Shown piece after piece: positions 51,001 through 60,511 of a DNA stretch of 64,000 nt. This DNA comes from Camelus dromedarius (taxonomy: Eukaryota), in NCBI RefSeq assembly GCF_036321535.1, contig NC_087436.1, positions 45,262,001 to 45,326,000 on the forward strand. The letters run 5' to 3'. The notes below the pieces were generated by a model. The model saw only the letters and a program-made list of their open reading frames with translations, searched no databases and was not told the origin of the DNA. How positions within the stretch are numbered: position 1 is the first letter of the stretch; each line of letters starts with the position of its first letter. Position numbers and translations under genes: made by a program.

Positions 51001-54000
51001 TTTGCTAGAAGGACAACAGTGGAGCTGCAACATCCACTGGAGGAATAAGCTTAAGTCGGCTGTGTGAAATGCTTTAAGAAATTGATTGTTATTCTGTCCC
51101 CAAAAGGAAGCAGGCCCTCTTTACTACTGACTTTATCATAATAGAAATGTTTATAGTAACCATTTTCAAATCCAATAATATAGAAAAAGTCATTTTACAA
51201 ACTGTAAGGGAAAACCTTTATGGATAAATTTGAATTTTATATTATAGTGCTATGGACTGAATTGCATTCCCCTGAAATTCACACATTGGAGTCCTAACCC
51301 CCAGTGTGATGGTGTTTGGAGATGAGGCCTTTGGGAGGCATTTAGGTTCAGATGAGGTCAGGAGGGTGGGAACCTCACAGTGGGATCAGTGTCTTTATGA
51401 AAAGAGGCACCAAAAGGCTCTCTCTCTCTCTGTCTCTCTCTCTCTGCCGTGTGAGGACACAGCAAAAAGGGGGCGAACCTGCCAGCACATTGGTCTCAGA
51501 CTCCTCAGCCTCCAGGACGCTGAGAAAATTTCTTTCTGTTGTGTATGCTACTGAGTCTGTAGTATCTTGTTATGGCAGCCCGAGCTAATATAAATGTAAA
51601 GGGCATCCTAAAATAAGTAATGTTGACCTTCTCCATGAAACTTCTGCTAAATGGCAATTACAGATACAGTGTAGGTACTAGGCTGGATGTGAAATCACCT
51701 TTTTGTGCCTTGCTGTATTGTCTATTCCTGAGTAAGGAAAGTAAAAGTAAAAAGGGAATTGGCCTTAATTGATCACATATCTTAACATTCATGAGCCACA
51801 TATCAGTGTAGTTTACTTCCAATACCATTAAAAGTAGTAAATCATACCTGACATCCTTTCTGAAATTTCTCTGGTGTTATCCAGTCTTCAAGCATTCTCA
51901 GAATGGAAGCTCCCTGTGATGGAAAAGTATGGCAAGTTAAACTAAAAGGATGCATAAGAAACAAATAACAGTGATCACTATTGTGGCTAGGTTTTCATGA
52001 TCGTATTTCTGGGATAATTTTTTCAAGATGATTCTGCTAAGTTACACAGTATTGCTCGTGATTTTAGGATGAAAATACCACTTGGCATACTCCCTGTATC
52101 TATGCTCCTAAAATAACTAAAAGATAAGGAGAAATTGATAAAATGGCCATCATTTCCGTAACTTGAGGTTCAAATGATTACTGCACTTCACAAAACTAAC
52201 CAGTAGATGGAGCCTTCCTAATGAAAGAGAAACGAAAAAGTTTTAGAAAAATCATGTTCTTTGATGAACGAGGAAAGCAATTTCAGGATAAAATTCTGTC
52301 TACTTCTTAAGTATATTTCAATACTTTTGAAAAAGAATTATATTTAACAATGGGAAATAGACAACTGAGGAATTAATCTGGGCAAATAGTTTAATATAGA
52401 TACACAATTTAGACATAAAATCTTTTTGTTCAAACGTGGTTTAACTCATTTGGTTTTATTTAGTCTGAAGAACCTGATGAATATCTCTGCTCTCTATTGG
52501 CTTTTCACATGTTATAATTCTAAAATGCACTGTTTATAAATTTTAAAATCAACTTTCAAGTTACTGACCACAAAAACATTGCTTCCCCATTTAAGGTCAC
52601 AATTTTTACTGTAATTTATTAAGTATAAGTTTTTTTTTTTGTTCCGAGTAGAAGGCTAAAGGTTGAGAAACATGTATTTATTTCTGACCTAATGCCTGAA
52701 ACCCAGAAAGGAAGACACTGATTTAATAAATATAAATGTCTCCATGTGAATTATTAGAATATACTATAAGTAGATTAGACATTTTCATTTTAACAGGAAG
52801 ATAAAAAGAATCATTAACAATGTAAAAGAAAAATGAATAAAGGAATCCTGGAAAGCCAAAAATATGATACTATTAATGTCAAATACTAATATATAGAAGG
52901 CCTTTTTACTCAAGCCAATTTTATCTAGTATTCATTTTAATAATTATAATATTTCATCTTAAATAAAACTTAGGTAACATCCACATCAACAAAATGTATT
53001 AGTTTGCAGTTTGAACAACTTAACGTAGTGGGTAAATCATGAGGGGCTGAGGTGGAAAATTGACTAAAATATGTTGCATACAGGTGTGGAATAAATATGT
53101 TTAGAGGAGAAACTACAGGAGAAGTTGTGGGAGAAAATGGGTAACATAAAGCTTTGGGCCACTATGGATTTTCAGCAACTTTTCATAAAATTTTAATGTA
53201 TTAAAAATGCCCCATCACAAGATGCTAACAAAATCATCTTTAAATCTTAAATAAAAATGGATGAAAGTAATTCCTTCAAACAGAGTTGCATTCAAATGCT
53301 TACTGGAAGCATTCTGCTAGAAAAGGTGGCCATATGTATGGCATTTCTTATTGACGACAGGGCATAAAAAGATTTACTGTCTTTTAAAAAAAATCAAGTA
53401 ATTTTAAATTGGATGCTTAACATGTAAATGTTCAGTTGTCAGAATGAGAGCCGTTATAAACAAAAGTGAAAAGACAGATTTTTAGAAATCCGATTCAGAA
53501 TTCTGTGACAAACTATTGAATACTCAGCACTTGGAATAAGTTCTACACTGTCTCTCTAAGTCCATTAGCATAGTCTAGCCGTTCTTACCATTTTTAGGCA
53601 TTTACTGAGAGAAAAGCCACCAAACAGGAAGAATTCAAAACAGTGTCATATTTCCCCCACCTTGCTATAAGAAATCCCATCAAAAACAGATGTGATTTCA
53701 GCAGGAGTTGACACAGTGACAACAACTGGGTGTGAAGATATCAAAGAGTCATCCTCTTGTACAGGTAATACATCTTCAAGTAACATCTGGTCACGCTGAA
53801 ATGACAGAATGAACCCAAGAGATTCAGCACTTACTTTATACTGGTGTATATGTCAAATTATCATTTTTATAATACAAACTGGTGGGAAAATAAACATAAA
53901 TGACTCATATTAGTTAAAACAAGGATTTAGATGTTAAAATCAATCCTATTTTGCACTGATTGGACTACACTGATTCTGTTCTCTTCTATCTGGCAGGCCA

Positions 54001-57000
54001 AGAAGACACAAGCATGTATAAATTTGTTTCTGCTAATTCTGTGTGACTTTCAAACATGTGCCAAACTTTCCAAGCCCTGTTTCCATATCTATGCAACAGG
54101 CATGATTGTGCCACCTCACAGATTTGTCTGAGAATTAAGTGAGGAGGCATGTTGATTTGCCAAAAATTGATGCTTTAGTGGTCTTTTTCTGTCAACTAAT
54201 CATTAGAATTTGGATAATTCATAATTGACTGAAGAAAACATTAGCTTTTGCTTTAGTTCTAACAATTACCTTCTAATTCCAGTCCTAAGTTTTCTCGGCA
54301 AAATGGTGTGGTGGAGAGGTTTAGCTCTCTAGTCAGACTTCCTAGATCCAAAGCTCATTTTCTCCACTTTCTAGACATGCAAGTTTAAGTAATTTCCCTC
54401 ACTCATTAAATAGGTGTAATGATGGCATCTACTTTCTAAAAATGTGCAGAGGATTTAATGAGATGATGCATGATAAGCATTTGACATAGTACCTGGCATA
54501 GAGGGAAAACCTAACACAGTAGCTGCTATTAGTTTGATTCTTGATCAGTTAGATTCTGAAATCTAGCTCTATTAAATCACTACTAATAAAAAATCAAAAG
54601 CTTTATTGGTCTTACTTAATCAAAAATATTTCCAAGAAGTAGCATGCTGTATTAGTTTACAGTTTCCAATGTTGTGAATTGGAAAGTACAGTAAGCAAGG
54701 TACTATTGACAGGTGATGACTGTCAATCAAGGTAATTTTCACTTGGATTTTAATTTTGGGGCCCCTGAAATGTTTAGGTAAGAAGAAAGAATCTTGTTCT
54801 CAATGTCAGGAAATTTGACTCTCATCTTGGTTGTGCTTCCAATTGTCTATGTGACTATGGAAAATCATATTACCTTCCTGGGCATCAGATTTTTCACCTG
54901 AAAAAAATTTTCACACCACTAGTGTGGTACTTATCCAGCTTTCTTGCAATGTATGTTTGTTTCTCTGTCCCCTCCACCACTAGACCCTAAATTGGGAACT
55001 TCTGTAAGGACAGGAAGTGTGTTTTATTCAGTTTTGGGTCCTCCGTAATGTTCACTGAATGAAGAATGAATGAACGGATGGAGAATGAATGAGTTGGATC
55101 ATGTGATTAAATTTCACTTAAGATCTGAAAGCTAAATTCTTCTGATATTTAATTGGTGTTTTTGAAACACTAAAAATTGAATGTCAAAATATTACATATT
55201 ATATTATGTATAATATAACAATATTGAAGTGTTATAACTTCTTATAATATCGATATAAGAAGGGTTACTTTATGGAAAATAAAGGACAAAATAATTTTCA
55301 TTTATATGAATTTAATTTCAGAAATTATGAAGTCAGCAATTTTCAACATAGATGAATAGTCCTCAACTAGGGGAAGCTTTGTGCCGCAGGTAACATCTGG
55401 AAATATGTGGAGACATTATTGCTTTCACAACTGGGATGGAGGGTTACTGGCCTCTAGTAGACAGAGGCCAGAGATGCTGCTAAGTGTCCTACCATGCACA
55501 GGGCAGCCCCCACAGCAAAGAATTAGCTGGCCCAAATAATAGTTCCATCCTTGAAAAACCCTGAAACATTTATTTTCTGCTTTTTTTTTTTCCTGGTTTT
55601 TAAATGATCTTAAATTCTCCTTGGTTTATTACCTTTGTTTAGGTATTACTGGGGATATTTAAAGTTTTAGGAAGGCCTCATGTAGATTACTTTTTAAAGA
55701 AGCAATTTTTGCAAATTAAATTTTTCACTTTTTGAAGCAGGTTGTGAAAACTACAAGGGCTTCAAGCATCTAATATTCTTCTCTTTTTTAAGTTTTTTTG
55801 TTTGTTTAGGAAAGTAATTTTTTATTTGGAAAGGATTGCAGTGATTGACATAGGAATGTATTGTTTTAAAAATATTAAGTATTTGATTATCCCTCCCCTA
55901 TATATCTTCAAGAGCTAGAATTTTAAAAATTAAATATATATATATAAAATCTTTTTTAAAAGAAGACATTTGGATTGTTAGCTCTTGAAGCTGCTAACAC
56001 TCTTCTTATTCTGTCCAGTAGAGGGCAGTACTCTGTATAGTACACGACCTTCTGTAAGACTGCTTAACATATCCACACACTTATTTTATATAAACACACT
56101 AATGAGAATACTTACACCATCTAAATACAAATAAAAACAGATGTAGCTTTGGGGAAAAATGTCTGTAGAGTTCATAGAAGCCTCTGTTCTAGGCCCCTCA
56201 GGGACACATGCTATAATAATAGAAATTACATGTACGTTTTGGGAGCTTTTAAGCTTACAGGGTGGAGAACAATATTCTTCTTTCATAGAGGAGAGGACTG
56301 ACTCAGAGAGGATATGCAACTTGCTCAAGGTCACATTTCCTGTAAAGCATCTCAGAAATGATGTGTCCAGGATCTGAACCTGAGTCTAACTACTGAATTT
56401 GTGTGCTAACCTCTTTACCAAATCATTTCAGCAACCTGTCTAAGGTAAGTCATCTGTAAAATTAGGCTTAGACATTTTTCAAAGGCTTAGCACTACAGGT
56501 ACTTTCTTGAACACAGAGTTGGCATTATCTAAGCTAGATATTTTTCTGCCTTGGCACATGTTCTTGAATGACTCTACCCACGGTATTTTCAGATCCTGGT
56601 GGTCAGTTGCCCTCTAGGGCCTGAGCAGAGGCTCTAAGCAAGATGTAGTTCAGCAGAGCCAGCTGGCTCCACCTTGTTCTCCCAGTGGAATTCCCAATTC
56701 ATCACTGCATTTGGCCCTGACCTCAGGGCCATTGTCATAGTCCAAAGGCTTCAACCTGCTTAGCATGAGGAAAACAGATTTGGAACTTATATGTTTAGGG
56801 CTCACCATTTGCCACTCTTTTTCTGCATGTTCTACTCCCAGGAACTCAAAGAAGGAAGCAAATCCTTCATTTAGCCACAAGTCGTCCCACCATTCCATGG
56901 TCACAATATTTCCAAACCACTGAAATTATAAGCAATAAAGAGATAGTTAAATTCTCATGCCTTTGGTAGAGAGACCTAAATAATTTCAGAAGATTCATTT

Positions 57001-59856
57001 GTTCATATAAATTTTGTCACTTGACCCAGAAGAGGCAGGCTTCATACTTAGCATTTATTTCTTGTTTTATATCCCTAGTTTTTAAAGGATCTTAAATTCT
57101 CCTTAGTTTACTGCCTTTATTTAGGCATTTCTGGGAATATTTAAAGTTCTAGGAAGGCCTCATGTATTTACTAAAGGCAAAACAATGTGTCTTAAAAGTT
57201 TCTTTAAGACGAAGTGTTTATTAATTTCAATTATTCCTTTGGTCTTAAGCCACTTTTTAAAACAAGCTAAGTTGATGCTAAGGTTCTATACCTGATGCAC
57301 AAGTTCATGGGCAACCACAGTGGCCACCCTCTGTTGGTTTGATGAGGCTGATTCCTCAGGGTCATAGAGCAGGTTCGTTTCTCTGTATGTGATGAGTCCC
57401 CAGTTCTCCATAGCCCCAGTGCCAAAATCTGGAATAGCGATTTTATCTATGCAAAAAGAGAGTCCGGTGAGAAACATTCTTTCCATGTGTTCATAATGTT
57501 TCTTACCAAATTAAGTTCTTTGGATGAATGTATTTTAAAAAGGCTAAAAATAATTTCTTAGAGTAAAAAACAATCATCTATTTGTGTAAACTTTTCAGTC
57601 TTAATGAACTCAAAATTTCCATGGAACTTTTCCTGTTGGCTCCAGGTATCAATGTGTCTTTTATTTTTTAAGAAGGATATTAATGGCAATGCTCTTTTCA
57701 AGTCCTCTATAGTTCTATGTCTTTTGTTCCTTTATGTATTTCATTTTTATTTGCTTTTTTCCCCATGACTTTCACTTTGATAACACCGAGCTTCTGTTTG
57801 GGGGGATATGCTGTAAAAAGGAGTGAGAAAATGGAACACTTAGAAGTGTAGAGTTTCCAAGCATATGGAAATATATTTCGATCCAAGGATACAGATTACT
57901 AGAGAATACAAAATTCCACTTTTCCCTAATTCTGTACAATTTGAGGTCAACCTGATTCCCTACTAATTAAATACTTACCATCCACCATATGTCTGTATTA
58001 AATTAGCTGGATCAACGTGGAATTGACTATATTCTCTCTAAATTCCCTTTCATTTCTGAAGTGTTGAATTCTATCTAGACATTCTATTCCTTATTTTTGC
58101 TGGGACCTATAATCTTACACAGAGTATCTGACAGGAAGAGGCAGTGCTGATCAGTTCTGTATTAAATCCCCAGACAGAAAAGGTTGAGATTGATCAGTGG
58201 GCACAACACAGCTTCTCCAGTTAATGAACTATGATAAGGATGGAATTACTTTTATTACATACAATTTAAATGAGGCACATATATGAAAATAAATTAAATT
58301 TTCATCTAAAATTTAAGAAAAGATCCTTTCTCGTTAAAATAAAAATTCTTAAAGCTTTTTATAAAAGAACGAAAATGGATACATCTTAAATGGAGGTAAA
58401 AATTACAGCAGTTTCCTTTTAGTGTTATTTTCATTCTTAGATTTGGTTATTTTGTCATGAGAATACCACTTAAAGGTTGGAGAACTATTCTCCCAAAGGG
58501 CCAGTATTTTCCATAATGTTACAGTGTCACATGTACCTAACTCATGAACAAAAGGAATTTTTTGTAACCTCATTTCCCTGTGAGTATTGACATTATAATT
58601 AATTAGCTCTAGTGCTTTTAATTTTGGGGGGGTGTAATATATACAGAAGTCAATTGTCAGGATAGTCTAAGATAAAGTCAATTCTGAAAGGGTTGAAAAT
58701 GTAGATGAAAGTATAAAGAAAAAGAAGGAATGGGGAGAAAGAGGAAGAAAAGAGAAGAGAGAAATACATTTGTGAGATTTCCACATCCCAGGTTATCCTG
58801 AGTGGTACAAGAGAAATAAAGAGAAAAAAAGACTTTCTAATTAATGCGCTCAACATTTTATTAAATTATTCCGACTTTGGTGAAAAGTTGTTTCCCCTCC
58901 TGTCTCCTTCCCAAGTATGTGTTAAGCAATTTTTTTTTTAAAATGTAGCATCCAGAAAGTTACCTGGTCACAGCCATTGCCATGTAGAGAGTTTGGTATT
59001 CCAGTTGCTTTGCACTGGTAATTTATTAAAGTAAGGAGAGAAACAGAAATAGAGAAGTCAACTATTGTTTGGTTTGTTTTCTGGTTGCCTTCATTTCATC
59101 CCTACAGACATCTCTATGGGCTTTACATTTAAAGTCTTTGCTAAAACCACTTTTGCTAATGATAGGAGTATTGTATCCACACCATTGTGATTATAGCACT
59201 ATTTTTATTTTAAAAAGAAAACATGTTCCACTCCCTCCTCAATGTTGGAAGAAATATTTATGGAAGGAGCACCAGTGTTTCATTTTAACTGCTGGAGAAT
59301 CTAGAATTTGTGTGCAATAGTGGAAAGACTGGAAATACATGGCACTCTGACAGCATTATTTATCAGCTCACTGATGGTAGGGAGGCAGTGTAAGCTATTG
59401 GGATGGGTACTGATTTTGAAATCAGCTGATTCTAGGTTGCTGTTTATGGCTCCATCATTACTGATGTCTGCAGTTTTACATATATACTTACATCTTTATT
59501 TGAAAGTAAAATACTATACATTTATTGGGTAAAAACAGAGTATAGATGTTATTTTTGGAGGAATCCAGAATGGATCTTTCAGCATCTAATAAGTATTAGG
59601 CACATAGTACAGGCATATAATAAAAAGAATAAGAGATGACCATTAACTAAGGATGCTAAAACTGGAGAAAGTGAGTTAACCTGGATGAAAACAAAGGCAA
59701 TATTAAATATAAGAAAATTAAAAAATGGTTCTCACCTAATTTAGGAAGAGAATATTCCATAGCAAAGTAGTCTTCAAAATAATCAAACACACTTTTAGTT
59801 ATATTTGCAGCATATTCAGCTGTGTGTTTTTGCTCTGGCTGGACATATATAGTGAG
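10683..59856 (-). CDS. ENPEP: Glutamyl aminopeptidase (aminopeptidase A), 5'-partial spliced CDS; 17 exons, 1947 nt = 648 aa + stop
   Basis: Hand-spliced exons are GT-AG and phase-consistent. They encode [34 protein letters not shown] and a C-terminus ...[21 protein letters not shown]. Exon sizes (121,155,114,135,66,66,152,80,137,56,151,74,105,171,141,79,144) fit the ENPEP structure as recalled. Confidence 0.97.
11836..11914 (-). CDS. ENPEP: ENPEP exon 19 (79 nt)
   Basis: ttcag|A TAT...CAG|gtatga; [26 protein letters not shown]. Confidence 0.95.
12152..12550. mobile_element. MLT1H/I-like LTR
   Basis: acatttctcagccttcctcatagctagatg..gaacagaagtgatatg..ctgttacagc. Confidence 0.65.
12700..13235 (+). 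mobile_element. Ancient L1ME ORF2 3' fragment
   Basis: A-rich; tataaagaacccttatagatt..gcaaaggaatgaatcagcagtttgcaaaagaaatacaaa. Confidence 0.55.
13380..15748 (+). mobile_element. LINE-2 (long degenerate copy)
   Basis: C/T-rich L2 body (cagcatttgaca, ctcagtcatcact..agggaagccct) and L2 tail gtgcccagcacatagtagatgctc..aatatttactggatgaaagaat. Confidence 0.8.
15750..16395 (+). mobile_element. Ancient L1ME ORF2 end/3' UTR
   Basis: gtattggcaagggg..tatcctaaggaaatt..ttcatcaatacattattta..tatgattccattt. Confidence 0.6.
18029..18064. repeat. (CA)18 microsatellite in intron 18
   Basis: Directly visible perfect dinucleotide run. Confidence 0.95.
19136..19276 (-). CDS. ENPEP: ENPEP exon 18 (141 nt)
   Basis: ttag|G TAT...AAC AG|gtggga; [46 protein letters not shown](R). 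Confidence 0.95.
20526..21060. mobile_element. MLT1J/K-like LTR
   Basis: atcatgattggctcaaatcagtca..gtgacccagttctgg..ctggaaactacctacttccaga..ttattgtttaagccact. Confidence 0.65.
21175..21345 (-). CDS. ENPEP: ENPEP exon 17 (171 nt)
   Basis: ctag|T CTT...TCA AG|gtaagt; [56 protein letters not shown](R). Confidence 0.95.
21434..21538 (-). CDS. ENPEP: ENPEP exon 16 (105 nt)
   Basis: cttag|G TTA...TTA AG|gtgact; [34 protein letters not shown](S). Confidence 0.93.
21637..21710 (-). CDS. ENPEP: ENPEP exon 15 (74 nt), weak donor
   Basis: ttcag|AAA...ACA AA|gttatt; [24 protein letters not shown](K); phase 2 matches exon 16. Confidence 0.88.
22722..22872 (-). CDS. ENPEP: ENPEP exon 14 (151 nt)
   Basis: ttag|A GCT...GAG|gtatgg; [50 protein letters not shown]. 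Confidence 0.95.
24577..24725. mobile_element. MER5A (hAT-Charlie)
   Basis: ttctcaagtttgagcat..cacctgga..gcaggtctgga..cctaagaatttgcatttct. Confidence 0.8.
24737..25107. mobile_element. LTR16-like (ERVL) solo LTR
   Basis: gcccttcccagatcccctt..ctctgctt..ggaactcaacctaagaca terminus. Confidence 0.65.
25150..27231 (+). mobile_element. Decayed LTR-retrotransposon internal region (Gypsy/MamGyp-like) with integrase C-terminal remnant
   Basis: GC-richer block; frameshifted PDMV..LAMEW/DGP*TV..LNIYKV at 26706-26850 resembling the GPY/F module; purine tract at 27219-27231. Left boundary is a guess. Confidence 0.5.
28160..28370 (-). mobile_element. MIR SINE
   Basis: tattgagcact..cctcacaa..ataaggaaattgaagcagagagaggttaag..caaggtta. 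Confidence 0.75.
28490..28725 (-). mobile_element. LINE-2 3' fragment
   Basis: tttagtgagcgtctact..gccaagcac..ctgccctcacaaactttacagt..ggcttcctgagga. Confidence 0.7.
29500..29555 (-). CDS. ENPEP: ENPEP exon 13 (56 nt)
   Basis: ccag|GAA...GCA AG|gtgggt; [18 protein letters not shown](R). Confidence 0.94.
29668..29804 (-). CDS. ENPEP: ENPEP exon 12 (137 nt)
   Basis: acag|GA ATC...CAG|gtaaga; (G)[45 protein letters not shown]. Confidence 0.95.
30874..31739 (+). mobile_element. Young 5'-truncated LINE-1 (ORF2 C-terminus, 3' UTR, polyA) with 16-bp TSD
   Basis: ORF 31051-31389 = L1 ORF2 tail ([25 protein letters not shown]); TSD aagaagtc(c/t)atcttct at 30858-30873 and 31740-31755. Confidence 0.95.
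31756..32160 (-). mobile_element. LINE-2 fragment (continues at ~30780-30873, split by the L1)
   Basis: tttttaagcagagaa..tttctagaaagataattttg..taatctagggcaagag..ggtgttgccatt. Confidence 0.65.
32385..32630 (+). mobile_element. MIR SINE
   Basis: gagcatgaacttttgagtctgacaga..acttactagctgtgtgatcttgg..gttgtgaagattaaat. Confidence 0.85.
33658..34082. mobile_element. MLT1-type LTR containing a G12 run (33876-33887)
   Basis: ctagcctcccttgcagttaggtg..gtaggtagaa..gaataagaaacttttattg. Confidence 0.6.
36440..36955 (+). mobile_element. LINE-1 3' end (L1MB-like)
   Basis: tttatagcagcattattcataacagccaaaaggtagaaacaatcca..gaaagtagattagtggttgc..tacatcaataaagc. Confidence 0.88.
38036..38115 (-). CDS. ENPEP: ENPEP exon 11 (80 nt)
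   Basis: tttag|T TAC...GGA G|gtaaat; [26 protein letters not shown]. Confidence 0.94.
39390..39612. mobile_element. LTR16/LTR33-like fragment
   Basis: Ends ctcagggtctgctt..ccaacctaaga, like the LTR at 24737-25107. Confidence 0.45.
42060..42720 (+). mobile_element. LINE-2 fragment with nested MIR (~42380-42550)
   Basis: tagcatcctaactgtcctcccagcttccactcttg..gcagccagag..ttaaatatcacttcctca. Confidence 0.65.
44300..44460. mobile_element. MER63-like (hAT-Blackjack) fragment
   Basis: gtgctggtaaatgcttaacagctggctctc..caatttcaaactaccagcatgatgtcactga. Confidence 0.6.
44900..46565 (-). mobile_element. Old L1-related element with ORF1-like remnant (HAL1 or L1M 5' region)
   Basis: ORF 45288-45605(-) [25 protein letters not shown] resembles L1 ORF1p RRxNIxIIGVPE..PRHILVKF. 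Confidence 0.55.
46719..46870 (-). CDS. ENPEP: ENPEP exon 10 (152 nt)
   Basis: ttag|GCA...TTT GG|gtaagg; [50 protein letters not shown](G). Confidence 0.95.
47005..47070 (-). CDS. ENPEP: ENPEP exon 9 (66 nt)
   Basis: acag|AAT...GAG|gtaagg; [22 protein letters not shown]. Confidence 0.95.
47634..47956. mobile_element. MER58B-like (hAT-Charlie)
   Basis: cagggcttagcaacctttttctgtaaaa..gtgggccatgtagtctctgtcgtagctactcagct..ttttttccaac. Confidence 0.85.
48582..48600 (+). promoter_or_regulatory. CTCF core motif (one core deviation)
   Basis: CTGCCACTGGAGGGCAGGC. Confidence 0.45.
51248..51591 (+). mobile_element. MLT1A/MST-like MaLR solo LTR
   Basis: tgctatggactgaattg..cctaacccccagtgtgatggtgtttggagatgaggcctttgggagg..gttatggcagcccgagcta. 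Confidence 0.88.
51848..51913 (-). CDS. ENPEP: ENPEP exon 8 (66 nt)
   Basis: acag|GGA...CAG|gtatga; [22 protein letters not shown]. Confidence 0.95.
53661..53795 (-). CDS. ENPEP: ENPEP exon 7 (135 nt), catalytic Tyr (YSK)
   Basis: ttcag|CGT...AAG|gtgggg; [45 protein letters not shown]. Confidence 0.95.
54300..54532 (+). mobile_element. MIR SINE
   Basis: tggtgtggtggagag..agtcagac..ttaatgagatgatgcat..agtacctggcatag. Confidence 0.7.
55357..55563. mobile_element. MER20
   Basis: ggagacattatt..cacaactggg..actggcctctagtagacagaggccagagatgctgctaa..cccccacagcaaagaatta. Confidence 0.85.
55592..55684 (+). repeat. Direct repeat copy A (93-bp core; partner at 57074-57166)
   Basis: 83/93 identical, ungapped, by manual alignment. 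Confidence 0.92.
56012..56030 (+). promoter_or_regulatory. CTCF core motif
   Basis: TGTCCAGTAGAGGGCAGTA matches CCASYAGRKGGCRS at every core position. Confidence 0.65.
56240..56420 (-). mobile_element. MIR SINE
   Basis: agaggagaggactgactcagagagg..aacttgctcaaggtcaca..ggatctgaacctgagtct. Confidence 0.75.
56806..56919 (-). CDS. ENPEP: ENPEP exon 6 (114 nt), third zinc ligand Glu
   Basis: ttcag|TGG...ATG|gtgag; [38 protein letters not shown]. Confidence 0.97.
57074..57166 (+). repeat. Direct repeat copy B (93-bp core; partner at 55592-55684)
   Basis: 83/93 identical, ungapped, by manual alignment. Confidence 0.92.
57292..57446 (-). CDS. ENPEP: ENPEP exon 5 (155 nt), GAMEN and HEXXH motifs
   Basis: atag|AT AAA...CAG|gtatag; (D)[51 protein letters not shown]. 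Confidence 0.97.
59736..59856 (-). CDS. ENPEP: ENPEP exon 4 (121 nt)
   Basis: atag|CTC...TTA G|gtgag; [40 protein letters not shown]. Confidence 0.95.
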
Positions 59857-59934
59857 CTATTTAAAAAAAACACACACACACAAAAATCCAGTGAAAATTC
59901 TTCATCTGATAAAACACAGAAAATACGACCCATG

Positions 59935-60140
59935 ACATAGTGGAAAGAAGGTGGACTTTGGAGCCAGATAAGTCTAATTGGAATTCCAGTTCTACGTGGT
60001 CTTGGACAAATTGCTTCGCATCTCTGAGACTCATGTGTAAAGGAAAAGAATACTGCATAACTCACTGAGTAATTTCAATGACTAGAAATAATGTAAGACA
60101 TAATGGCTGGCATAGTGTCTGATATATTTTTAAGTGTTAT
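59935..60140 (+). mobile_element. MIR SINE
   Basis: tagtggaaaga..ggactttggagccaga..tcttggacaaattgctt..tctctgag. Confidence 0.75.
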
Positions 60141-60511
60141 TACCTTTTTTTCTATTTAGAACATATATTGTCTTCTTAATATTTATGTTTCTATCTACAT
60201 ATCTATCTCTGTGTAATTTATCTTTGAGGAAATAAAGCATGTGATTTTTCATATCTAAAAGGGCCCTTAGACACATGTTTTCCACTTGTGCTTTTTTATC
60301 CATTGCTACCCAAAGTACCCTTTTGATATGAAACTATTCTACTTCAGAGTCTAAAATACAATGATTCAAAATTTTCCTGAGAGGGAAGCATCTTGATAAG
60401 CTACACCTTGATAACCTACAGCTCCAAGTCTCTAGGATTTACTTTATGCCATGACATAATTTATAAATCAAAGCAAGTACAGACTTTTTACCTCCCAATT
60501 CTAAGCATGTA

